From Bacillales bacterium UBA7029 (GTDB taxonomy: Bacteria > Bacillota_I > Bacilli_A > RFN20 > CAG-826), in NCBI GenBank assembly GCA_002494205.1, contig DLBE01000043.1, positions 15,893-79,892 on the forward strand: a stretch of DNA of 64,000 nt, written 5' to 3'. Position numbers and translations under genes: made by a program. Below the pieces are notes generated by a model. The model was given only the letters and a program-made list of their open reading frames with translations. It made no database searches and was not told the origin of the DNA. Shown one piece after another: positions 36,779 to 44,720 of the stretch; the stretch's first letter is position 1, and the number at the start of each line of letters is the position of its first letter.

Positions 36779-37447
36779 TTATCTATTTTCCTTTTCTACA
36801 ATATTATTTTGTGATTTAACGATGCGGTTTTCTTTGAATATTCCTCTAAGCATACTTAATGGGTAAACTTGAGTGTTTTTACCGATAACGGTACCTGGAT
36901 TTAAGACTGAACCGCAACCAATGTCGGCGTGATCTCCTAAGAAACCTCCGATTTTTCTTAAACCAGTTTCGTGTTCTTCCTCACCATGAAGGACAATGTT
37001 TTTGCCATCACTTTTAAGGTTTGAAAGAATAGAACCAGCGCCCATATGAGCGTAGTTTCCGACAATGGAATCTCCAACATAATTGTAATGAGGAACTTGA
37101 GCGTGTTTCATAAGAACTGAGTTCTTTAACTCTGAGGAGTTACCAACGACACATTCTGGTCCAACAATGACTGAACCTCTAATATAAGCTCCTGGTCTAA
37201 TTTCGACATTATCGCAGATAATTGTTGGTCCGCATATTGTAGCAGTTTTGGCAATTTTTACATTCTTACCAACAAGAACCCCTTCGTCTAATTTAGTAAA
37301 ACCTTCGATTCCTTTGTCGATAAGGGAGACAATATAGGATTGGATCTCTTTTAAAACTAACCAAGGGCTTTCCTTGGAAAAAACTAGCGAATCCACGATG
37401 GAATTTCCGCTATGCTCGAATAAATCGATGCACTTAATCTTATCCAT
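36779..37447 (-). CDS. left-handed beta-helix (hexapeptide-repeat) acyltransferase-like protein
   Basis: Tandem hexapeptide repeats resembling the GlmU C-terminal acetyltransferase domain. SD AGGAGAGG. Confidence 0.55.
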   Translation of the reverse strand: MDKIKCIDLFEHSGNSIVDSLVFSKESPWLVLKEIQSYIVSLIDKGIEGFTKLDEGVLVGKNVKIAKTATICGPTIICDNVEIRPGAYIRGSVIVGPECVVGNSSELKNSVLMKHAQVPHYNYVGDSIVGNYAHMGAGSILSNLKSDGKNIVLHGEEEHETGLRKIGGFLGDHADIGCGSVLNPGTVIGKNTQVYPLSMLRGIFKENRIVKSQNNIVEKENR

Positions 37448-37524
37448 ATTCCTCTCCTAAAAATACTTTTTTATTATTGCACAGGCGATGGAACGTGGAA
37501 ATTATTTTTTTATTTTTTTTCAAA

Positions 37525-38349
37525 TTATTCCAGGTTTACTTTGTTAGAAATATAGTAATGGTATTGCTTCTCTTGACAATATTTTTTAATGTCTTCTTTT
37601 AAATTAGAATCTTTTGTGTATTCTAAGAAGAATACTTCTTTATTTTTCTTTTTCATTAAAGATGCAATTTCTTTGTAAAAATTTTGATCTTCTTTATTTT
37701 GTTTAGCGAATATATCATGCTCATAATTTGTAATTAAAGAGAAGACTTCTTCTTGGTGATAACCCCAAACATAATTAAAAACGTTATCTTTATTATCGTT
37801 TGAGTCGTCAAAGTATTCAGCGCCGCCATTAACCATAACTTTTAATCCAAGTTTATTTACTCTATTCATTACACTTTTAAGGGAGTTGGCAAAATCTTGA
37901 TAATTTAATTCTTCCTCTTTTGCAATAGAGTAAACATCGACATTATCAAGGTAAACTCCAAAAGCGCCTTTGTTTTTATACTTTTTTGCAAGCGAAACAA
38001 CTAAATTTTGCCAAGACTTGTTAGTAACATCGATCCATCTTTCATCTGGCCAATTGTCATAATCTTTGAACGTCAAATCTTTGAATTCTTCATAATAATC
38101 ACGATAATTTTCCAATGAACCGACATTTAAATAAGCTAAGCAATTAGTGCCATTTTTTGTTAATTTTTCAATATTTGATTTAGAAAATTCATCAATCTCT
38201 AACGCTACATATTTGTAATTAATAAAACTTTTAATGTTATTATTAGCTCTTCCTAAAAATGCTCCATAATCATTTGAAGTAAAATTAGTCTTTGAATTAC
38301 AACTTACTAAAGTAAATGCAGCGATTAATGAGATAGCAATTTTTTTCAT
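37525..38349 (-). CDS. lipoprotein of the GH114 family (endo-alpha-1,4-polygalactosaminidase / TM1410-like TIM barrel)
   Basis: MKKIAISLIAAFTLVSC lipobox. LAYLNVGSLENYRDYY...NWPDERWIDVTNKSWQ...GAFGVYLDNVDVY matches the GH114 consensus. ATG 38349 is internal to the track ORF. Confidence 0.6.
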   Translation of the reverse strand: MKKIAISLIAAFTLVSCNSKTNFTSNDYGAFLGRANNNIKSFINYKYVALEIDEFSKSNIEKLTKNGTNCLAYLNVGSLENYRDYYEEFKDLTFKDYDNWPDERWIDVTNKSWQNLVVSLAKKYKNKGAFGVYLDNVDVYSIAKEEELNYQDFANSLKSVMNRVNKLGLKVMVNGGAEYFDDSNDNKDNVFNYVWGYHQEEVFSLITNYEHDIFAKQNKEDQNFYKEIASLMKKKNKEVFFLEYTKDSNLKEDIKKYCQEKQYHYYISNKVNLE

Positions 38350-38418
38350 AGTAATAAAATTGTATCGCAAATGAAAGTTGGGATGAATTTTTAAAAATAA
38401 AAGAGTAACCTATTTAGT

Positions 38419-39174
38419 ATGAAGATACTTTTAGTAGATGATGAACAACTTCAATTAATCAGATTAGAAAAAGCTTGTAGGGCTGTTATACCTAGTGCTG
38501 ATTATTTTATTTTTACAAATCCGGTTAAAGCACTTGAAGAAAGTGAAAAAACCAAATTTGATGTTGCGTTTTTGGATATTGAAATGCCATCAATCAAAGG
38601 GATTCAACTTGCTAAAAAATTAAAGAAAAATAATCCTCTTTTAAGTGTTATTTTTGTAACGGCCTATACCGACTATGCTTTACAAGCTTTTAATATTCAT
38701 GCTTCTGGTTACATTACTAAGCCTGTTAACGAAGCGAAAATTAAAGAAGAAATTGAAAATCTTAAAAACATTTCTCCTTTACCGACTACTAAAAAATTAC
38801 AAGTTAAATGCTTCGGCAATTTTGAAGTATTTTGCAAAGGAGAACCAGTTAAATTCTCTTATAAAAAGTCTAAAGAAGTTTTCGCCTATCTTATAGATAG
38901 AGAAGGCTCTGCAATTAATATTAATGAGCTTAATGCAGTTTTGTGGGAGGAAGATCACCCTTCATATTTAAGAAACTTAATTGCAGATATTCAAAAAACT
39001 TTAAAATCACTTGATTGTGAGGATGTTTTCGTTAAACGCCATAACGAATGCTATATTGATGTTGATAAAATCGATTGCGATGCTTACGAATATAAAAAAG
39101 ATAATCCAAACGCTGTAAGACTTTATCGAGGCGAATACATGATGCAATATTCATGGCCAATATTTGATGAATAA
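38419..39174 (+). CDS. orphan response regulator: REC domain plus SARP/OmpR-like winged-helix output domain
   Basis: LLVDDE, phospho-acceptor D in FLDIEMP, T in VIFVTAY, K in GYITKP. C-terminal QVKCFGNFEVFCKGEPVKF...EVFAYL...LNAVLWEE is a winged helix of SARP type. Confidence 0.75.
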   Translation: MKILLVDDEQLQLIRLEKACRAVIPSADYFIFTNPVKALEESEKTKFDVAFLDIEMPSIKGIQLAKKLKKNNPLLSVIFVTAYTDYALQAFNIHASGYITKPVNEAKIKEEIENLKNISPLPTTKKLQVKCFGNFEVFCKGEPVKFSYKKSKEVFAYLIDREGSAININELNAVLWEEDHPSYLRNLIADIQKTLKSLDCEDVFVKRHNECYIDVDKIDCDAYEYKKDNPNAVRLYRGEYMMQYSWPIFDE

Positions 39175-39197
39175 AAATAGATTAGAATTTATTTAAA

Positions 39198-40397
39198 ATG
39201 TCTGAAATTGAAAGAACAAATAAGCTTATTTTGATGTTTAAGAATTATGAAGTTCTTTCTTTTTCATATGAATCAGAACCTAAACGAGTTGTTCATATAA
39301 TAGAAAAATTAGAGCATTTTGATAAAGCTCCCTATGGAGTTTTGCATCCACTTTATGACGAGGATACCGCACTTTTGAAATTTTTCAATTCGAGATCTAT
39401 CGCACCTCAAAGATATGATTACAATGAAATTCTTAAAGCTACTAATAGTAAGAATGGATTTGAACTATCTTTTAAAGGACACGGCTTATCTTTAACAAAC
39501 CATTATTGGTTTAAAAAAGAGGGTGAAAAATTAAAATACGAAGATATAAATTTCTTCACTAACAAGTGGGATGATTCCTTTGGAAGAGCGGTATTAAATA
39601 AAGATTATGAGAAACTAAAAAACTGTGATTTAAATGTTCCTGATATTGTTACTAATGGTTGGGCAGTTAAAGGATGGATTTGGGATAATGGTCCAAAGCT
39701 TTATAAATTCTCTAGAGATAAAATTAGCAGCGCAGAAGCTCTTGGTGAAGTTTTGGGTTCAAGACTTGCTAGAAGAATATTTCCAGATGATCAAGTTCTT
39801 CATTATGTACTTAAAAAAATTGGAAATAATTATGCTTCAGCAGCACCTGTACTTATTGGAATTGATGAAGAATTAGTTCCGCTTTCAAATTATTTTAAAT
39901 CTGATGTTTTTCACACTTATTTAAAAAGATTTAATAATAGAGAAGTCCAAAATGAATTTTTTAAATTAATAGAGCATTCTGGTATTCCAGGAATTAAAGA
40001 ATTTTTCATTAAAATTACATGTGTTAGACACTTATGTTTCATTTCCGATTTACATTTTGATAACATTTCTATTATTAAAAATAATAAAACAGGAAAACTA
40101 AGAATGTCTCCTTTATACGATTTAGCAGGAGCTTTCGGGACTTCTGAGTCAGGAAGAAAGTTTGTTTCTAACATTAATAAAGGAACATATCTAGTACTTT
40201 TCTATGTCTTTAATGAGCTAAATCCTGATTGGGATTATTCTTGGTATGACCCAAAACGACTTGACGGTTTCGAGAATGAAATAATCGAAATATTAACAAA
40301 ATCAGAATTTTATACACCCGAATTATTAGATAGAATAATAAATGTTTTCCGCTACCAAAAGGAAGCGTTAGATAAAATAGCAAAAAAGATTAAATAA
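39198..40397 (+). CDS. HipA-like Ser/Thr kinase family protein
   Basis: 399 aa; catalytic region ISDLHFDNISIIKNNKTGKLRMSPLYDLAGAFG matches the HipA_C DxHxxNxS...PxYD motif. 23-nt gap to the response-regulator gene. Confidence 0.55.
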   Translation: MSEIERTNKLILMFKNYEVLSFSYESEPKRVVHIIEKLEHFDKAPYGVLHPLYDEDTALLKFFNSRSIAPQRYDYNEILKATNSKNGFELSFKGHGLSLTNHYWFKKEGEKLKYEDINFFTNKWDDSFGRAVLNKDYEKLKNCDLNVPDIVTNGWAVKGWIWDNGPKLYKFSRDKISSAEALGEVLGSRLARRIFPDDQVLHYVLKKIGNNYASAAPVLIGIDEELVPLSNYFKSDVFHTYLKRFNNREVQNEFFKLIEHSGIPGIKEFFIKITCVRHLCFISDLHFDNISIIKNNKTGKLRMSPLYDLAGAFGTSESGRKFVSNINKGTYLVLFYVFNELNPDWDYSWYDPKRLDGFENEIIEILTKSEFYTPELLDRIINVFRYQKEALDKIAKKIK

Positions 40398-40398
40398 C

Positions 40399-40432
40399 TG
40401 TGACACATTTGTGGCAGATGCTTTGCTAGAAT
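40399..40432 (+). promoter_or_regulatory. heptamer direct repeats TGTGACA / TGTGGCA (11-bp register) abutting a TAGAAT -10 box upstream of the precursor gene
   Basis: Repeats at 40399-40405 and 40410-40416; TAGAAT at 40427-40432; ATG at 40455. Confidence 0.45.
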
Positions 40433-40454
40433 ACATTCAGGATTGGAATTGATT

Positions 40455-40658
40455 ATGAGGAAAGAATTGTTAAAAGGTTTAACTGAGGAACAAATAATTA
40501 AAGTGCAACAATGTAGCGATGTTCGTGATTTAATGCAACTTGCTAAAGATGAAGGTGTTGAATTAAATGATGAGCAACTAAAAGCTGTATCAGGTGGCGC
40601 TTGTTCTAGTGAAACAGATAAAGAAGATTCAGCGCATAATAGAAAAATTGAAAGTTAA
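40455..40658 (+). CDS. RiPP precursor peptide, Nif11-like leader with GG cleavage motif
   Basis: MRKELLKGLTEEQIIKVQQCSDVRDLMQLAKDEGVELNDEQLKAVSGG | ACSSETDKEDSAHNRKIES. The leader resembles Nif11 leaders (SEEQLKAF...IAKEAGF.IT.EEL...VAGG). 19-aa acidic core with one Cys. ATG 40455 is internal to the track ORF, which starts at TTG 40443. Confidence 0.75.
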   Translation: MRKELLKGLTEEQIIKVQQCSDVRDLMQLAKDEGVELNDEQLKAVSGGACSSETDKEDSAHNRKIES

Positions 40659-40660
40659 TA

Positions 40661-42055
40661 ATGTTTTTCCGTTTAAAAGATAATGTTGCATTAAGAAAAT
40701 GGAGATATGTTGATCGTGCGATTTATAAAAAAGGCATAGATCAAGCTCTTGGGGTTTCAAAGGAAGAATTTGAAATCCTTTTGCTATGCGATGGAGAACA
40801 CGATTTAGAAAATAACAAAATAATTCAAGAATTAAAAAATAGAAACCTCATTGAAGAATGTAACAAAGGCGATAAATTAAATGAATGGTCCAAGTTAAAG
40901 GAGTATGATAACTACTATTTTCCACGTATGAATCTAATGATTACTGGAAAATGTAATCTTAATTGTTTGCATTGCTTTAATGCAAAAGATAACGCTCCAT
41001 TAAATTCCGAACTCTCTTTTGAAGAAATTTTAACTATCTTAGATCAAGCAAAAGATATTGGCATTCATTGTTTTACATTAACTGGTGGTGAGCCATTAGT
41101 TCATCGTAAATTTTTAGATATTGTAAAAGCTATTTATGAAAGAAATATGTTCATTTTTGAGCTTAACACTAATGGCTTACTAATTAACCAAAAGATGCTC
41201 GATTTCTTTAAAGAAATAGGTTGCTATCCTTTAATAAAAATTTCTTATGATGGAATTGGTTATCATAACTGGATTAGACAACATCCTAAAGCTGAAGAAC
41301 TTACTTTAAAAGCTATTGAATTATGCATCAAAAATGGCTTCAGAGTGAAAGCCCAAGTTCAAGTTAATCGTAAGAATTTGGATTCGATGTTTGAAACCGC
41401 AAAACTACTTGATAAGATGGGCGTTGATGAGATGAGAATTATAAGAACAACTGAAGCTCCTCGATGGGAAAAGAACGCACCTCAATCATCTTTAACAATT
41501 GAAGAATATTACGAAAATATGCTGGATTTTGCGGCAAAATTCATGAAATCTGGGATGAAAATGACTGTTGATGTTTGGCAGTTTTTACGAATTTATCCAA
41601 GGCACAAACTTTACTCACTTGTACCTATTTCTTGTAATAAAGATGAATTTAATATTCGTATTCCAATGTGTAAAGGTAACCGCGGAATGATTGCTGTTTC
41701 TTCAAAAGGAGAAGTTGTTCCATGCTTACAAATGTCTGGTTACTTTTTGGAAAAAGGTATCAGCTTAGGAAATTTGTTTAAAACGCCTTTAAAAGAATTA
41801 GTGAAAAATAGTCCCTATCTAGATTTAGCAATGGCGCCATTATTTAAACAAATTATTGAGAATGATAAATGTGGTAATTGTAAATACTACAAAGCCTGTA
41901 CCGGTGGTTGCCCTGCTTTGGGCTTATTATATTCTAAAGATATTAATTTCTACCATGAAGATATTACTAAATGCATTTTCTTTGAAAATGGTTGGTATGA
42001 AAAAGTTACAGAAACTTTAAAAGATTTTCATTTACAAAATCCTTTAAATATTTAG
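40661..42055 (+). CDS. radical SAM/SPASM peptide maturase with N-terminal RRE (PqqD-like) domain
   Basis: CNLNCLHC (CxxxCxxC); N-terminal ~90-aa PqqD-like RRE; C-terminal SPASM with CNKDEFNIRIPMCKGNRGM...VVPC...CGNCKYYKACTGGCPA. 3-nt gap to the precursor gene. Confidence 0.85.
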   Translation: MFFRLKDNVALRKWRYVDRAIYKKGIDQALGVSKEEFEILLLCDGEHDLENNKIIQELKNRNLIEECNKGDKLNEWSKLKEYDNYYFPRMNLMITGKCNLNCLHCFNAKDNAPLNSELSFEEILTILDQAKDIGIHCFTLTGGEPLVHRKFLDIVKAIYERNMFIFELNTNGLLINQKMLDFFKEIGCYPLIKISYDGIGYHNWIRQHPKAEELTLKAIELCIKNGFRVKAQVQVNRKNLDSMFETAKLLDKMGVDEMRIIRTTEAPRWEKNAPQSSLTIEEYYENMLDFAAKFMKSGMKMTVDVWQFLRIYPRHKLYSLVPISCNKDEFNIRIPMCKGNRGMIAVSSKGEVVPCLQMSGYFLEKGISLGNLFKTPLKELVKNSPYLDLAMAPLFKQIIENDKCGNCKYYKACTGGCPALGLLYSKDINFYHEDITKCIFFENGWYEKVTETLKDFHLQNPLNI

Positions 42056-42072
42056 AATTTTCTTTCTTTGAC

Positions 42073-42105
42073 AATGCCAGCAAATTGAGTTTGGCATTTT
42101 TTATT
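42073..42105 (+). terminator. intrinsic terminator after the rSAM gene
   Basis: aatgcca-gcaaattgagtt-tggcatt hairpin followed by ttttatt. Confidence 0.6.
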
Positions 42106-42143
42106 TAGATTGTGTTTTACGCAATCTAAATTAATGATATAAT
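42106..42143 (+). promoter_or_regulatory. perfect inverted repeat TAGATTG-N9-CAATCTA followed by extended -10 TGATATAAT, 7 nt before ATG 42151 (leaderless)
   Basis: IR at 42106-42112 / 42122-42128; TG at 42135-42136; TATAAT at 42138-42143. Confidence 0.5.
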
Positions 42144-42150
42144 CATTATT

Positions 42151-42531
42151 ATGAAAAAGAATAAAGTTAGTATCTCTAATCCAGAAGAACTAGAAAAAAA
42201 TCTGCAATATTCTTCTCCAGTTACATGGATTGCTTTAGGAGTTGTCTTTTCTCTTATTGTGGGCCTTTTTGTATGGTCTTGCGTTTTCAAAATTAAAGAC
42301 AAAATTATAGGCAAAGCGAAAATTGTCAGTTCTGAAGTTACTCTTGTGGTTGACGCTAATTCTATTTCAAAATTAAAGGTTGGCCAAAAAGTTTATATTA
42401 ATAATTTAGAAGGCGAAATCTTAAAAATTGTTGAGAAAAAGCCTATTATTTCTCATTTTGCATTGGCTGATGGAGAGTACGAATACACCATTATTAATGA
42501 AATTAAACCAATAGAATACTTGATCAAATAA
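42151..42531 (+). CDS. small membrane-anchored protein, possible minimal HlyD/MFP-like export accessory
   Basis: 126 aa; one N-terminal TM; beta-rich C-terminus KAKIVSSEVTLVVDANSISKLKVGQKVYINNLEGEILKIV resembles an MFP barrel-sandwich hairpin. Confidence 0.35.
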   Translation: MKKNKVSISNPEELEKNLQYSSPVTWIALGVVFSLIVGLFVWSCVFKIKDKIIGKAKIVSSEVTLVVDANSISKLKVGQKVYINNLEGEILKIVEKKPIISHFALADGEYEYTIINEIKPIEYLIK

Positions 42532-42533
42532 TT

Positions 42534-44708
42534 ATGGAAAAGGTAAAGAAACCAAAGACTAAAGGCAAAGGAGTTGCAAATACTCCGTTAATCATGCAAT
42601 TAGAAGCTCTAGAATGTGGAGCTGCTTCTTTAACAATGGTTATGGCTTACTATGGAAAGTGGGTACCTCTTGAACAAGTTAGAGTTGATTGTGGTGTTTC
42701 TAGAAACGGAAGTAACGCTAAGAACATTCTTAGAGCTGCTCAAAAATATGGGTTTAAAACATCAGGTTATGCTTACAATATTCAAAAATTAAAAGAAAGA
42801 GGCAAATTTCCAGCGATCATTCACTGGGGTGGAGGCCACTTTGTTGTTTTAAATGGTTTTAGGGGTAATAAAGCAATTATTAATGACCCAGCTAAAGGAC
42901 TTGTTAAAGTCGATTTGAAGACTTTTGACAAAATATTTACCGGAATTTATCTTGAACTTGTTCCAGATGAAAATTTTGTTCCTAGCGGAAAAAGAAAATC
43001 AATTTTTTCATTTGCTAAGAAACGTCTTAAAGGCGCTTTGCCATTAATTATTTTCTTTTCAATTACGACAATTATTTTCTATGTTTTTAGCATTATTTCG
43101 CCTGCTATGAGCCAAGTTTTTGTCGATAAACTTTTAGGTGGGCAAAACCCGTCATGGCTGTTGCCATTTATTCTAGTATTTGCAAGTGTAGCATTGCTAC
43201 AAGTCGTCGTAACAGTAATTCAGAGCATATCGCAATATAAGATTCGAGGCAAACTAGATTTAATTGGTTCAACAACTTATATGTGGAGAATTTTAAGACT
43301 CCCTATTGAATTCTTCTCGCAAAGAATGGTTGGAGATTTGCAAGGACGTCAATCTGAAAACGCATCAATTGCAGAAACATTGGTTAATGTTTTCGCTCCT
43401 TTATTATTTAACACAATTATGATTGTGGTTTATCTGTTTGTAATGATTAATAAGAGCTGGATTTTATCTCTTGTGGGAGTAATAACAGTCCTTATAAATA
43501 TCTTTGTGTCGACAAGAATTTCTAAAGTCAGGGTCAATATTTCCCGTGTTCAAGCTAGAGATAACGCAAGACTTTCTGGCATGACTTCAAAAGGCATTGA
43601 AATGGTCGAAACAATTAAATCAAATGGTGCTGAGCAAGCTTATTTTGAATCTTGGTCCGATGTTCAAAACGATGTTGTTAAAGGAAAGCTTAGAATGTCG
43701 AAAATAAATGCATCACTAGGTTTAATTCCTTCATTTGCAGCAATGCTTGCAAATTACTCAATATTAATTCTTGGTGTTTTCTTCACTATTAAGGGTGAAT
43801 TCACAATTGGTTCAATTTTAGCTTTCCAAGGTTTACTTGGTTCATTTATGCAACCTGTTAATACTCTTATTTCAAGTGGTCAGACATTACAAGAAATGAG
43901 AACCATGATGGAAAGAGTGGATGATGTTTTGGAATATCCTTTAGATGAAAATGTTATTCGTGAAATTAAGACTGACAATGTTTCAAAAATTAAAGGTAAC
44001 CTCATTTTGAAAGATATAACTTTTGGTTATTCTAGACTAGACGAACCAATTTTAAAGAATTTTAATCTGGAAATAAAACAAGGACAAAAGGTTGCAATTG
44101 TTGGTTCAACAGGAAGCGGAAAATCAACGCTATCAAAATTAATTTCAGGTTTATATTCACCTTGGTCAGGAGAAATTATTTTTAATGGCAAGAAGATTAC
44201 TGAAATTGATCACGAAATTTTTACTTCATCAATTGCAGTTGTTGATCAAGATATAACAATGTATGAAGACACAATTTTAAATAATATTAAAATGTGGGAT
44301 GAATCTATTGAAGATTACGAAGTAATAATGGCATGTAATGATGCTCAAATACATAAACAAATCATGGCAAGAGAAGGTGGTTATAATGCTCCAGTTTTGG
44401 AAGGTGGTAAAAACTTCTCTGGTGGTGAGAAACAAAGACTTGAGATTGCTCGTTCTTTAGCTTCTGATCCAAGCATCATCATTTTAGATGAAGCTACAAG
44501 TGCGTTAGACGCCAAAACAGAATCTGAAGTTGTTAAAGCAATTAAAGCTCGTGGCATCACAACAATTGTTATTGCTCATAGATTATCTACCATTAGGGAT
44601 GCTGATTTGATTGTTGTTCTTAATAAAGGCGTAATTGTGGAGCAAGGAACTCACGAAGAATTAATGAAAAATAAAAGTTCATATTACGAACTTGTTACAA
44701 ATGATTAG
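42534..44708 (+). CDS. peptidase-containing ABC transporter (C39 peptidase plus 6 TM plus NBD)
   Basis: C39 Cys in QLEALECGAASL and His in GGGHFVVL; Walker A GSTGSGKST; LSGGEKQR; ILDEATSALD. Confidence 0.9.
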   Translation: MEKVKKPKTKGKGVANTPLIMQLEALECGAASLTMVMAYYGKWVPLEQVRVDCGVSRNGSNAKNILRAAQKYGFKTSGYAYNIQKLKERGKFPAIIHWGGGHFVVLNGFRGNKAIINDPAKGLVKVDLKTFDKIFTGIYLELVPDENFVPSGKRKSIFSFAKKRLKGALPLIIFFSITTIIFYVFSIISPAMSQVFVDKLLGGQNPSWLLPFILVFASVALLQVVVTVIQSISQYKIRGKLDLIGSTTYMWRILRLPIEFFSQRMVGDLQGRQSENASIAETLVNVFAPLLFNTIMIVVYLFVMINKSWILSLVGVITVLINIFVSTRISKVRVNISRVQARDNARLSGMTSKGIEMVETIKSNGAEQAYFESWSDVQNDVVKGKLRMSKINASLGLIPSFAAMLANYSILILGVFFTIKGEFTIGSILAFQGLLGSFMQPVNTLISSGQTLQEMRTMMERVDDVLEYPLDENVIREIKTDNVSKIKGNLILKDITFGYSRLDEPILKNFNLEIKQGQKVAIVGSTGSGKSTLSKLISGLYSPWSGEIIFNGKKITEIDHEIFTSSIAVVDQDITMYEDTILNNIKMWDESIEDYEVIMACNDAQIHKQIMAREGGYNAPVLEGGKNFSGGEKQRLEIARSLASDPSIIILDEATSALDAKTESEVVKAIKARGITTIVIAHRLSTIRDADLIVVLNKGVIVEQGTHEELMKNKSSYYELVTND

Positions 44709-44720
44709 AAAGGAGTAAAC

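Noticed and set aside
42151-42531. Calling the 126-aa protein a bacteriocin immunity protein
   Set aside because: Position first in the exporter operon and a single N-terminal TM with a beta-rich periplasmic-type segment fit a truncated MFP better than the typical multi-TM or four-helix immunity proteins. The assignment stays low-confidence.
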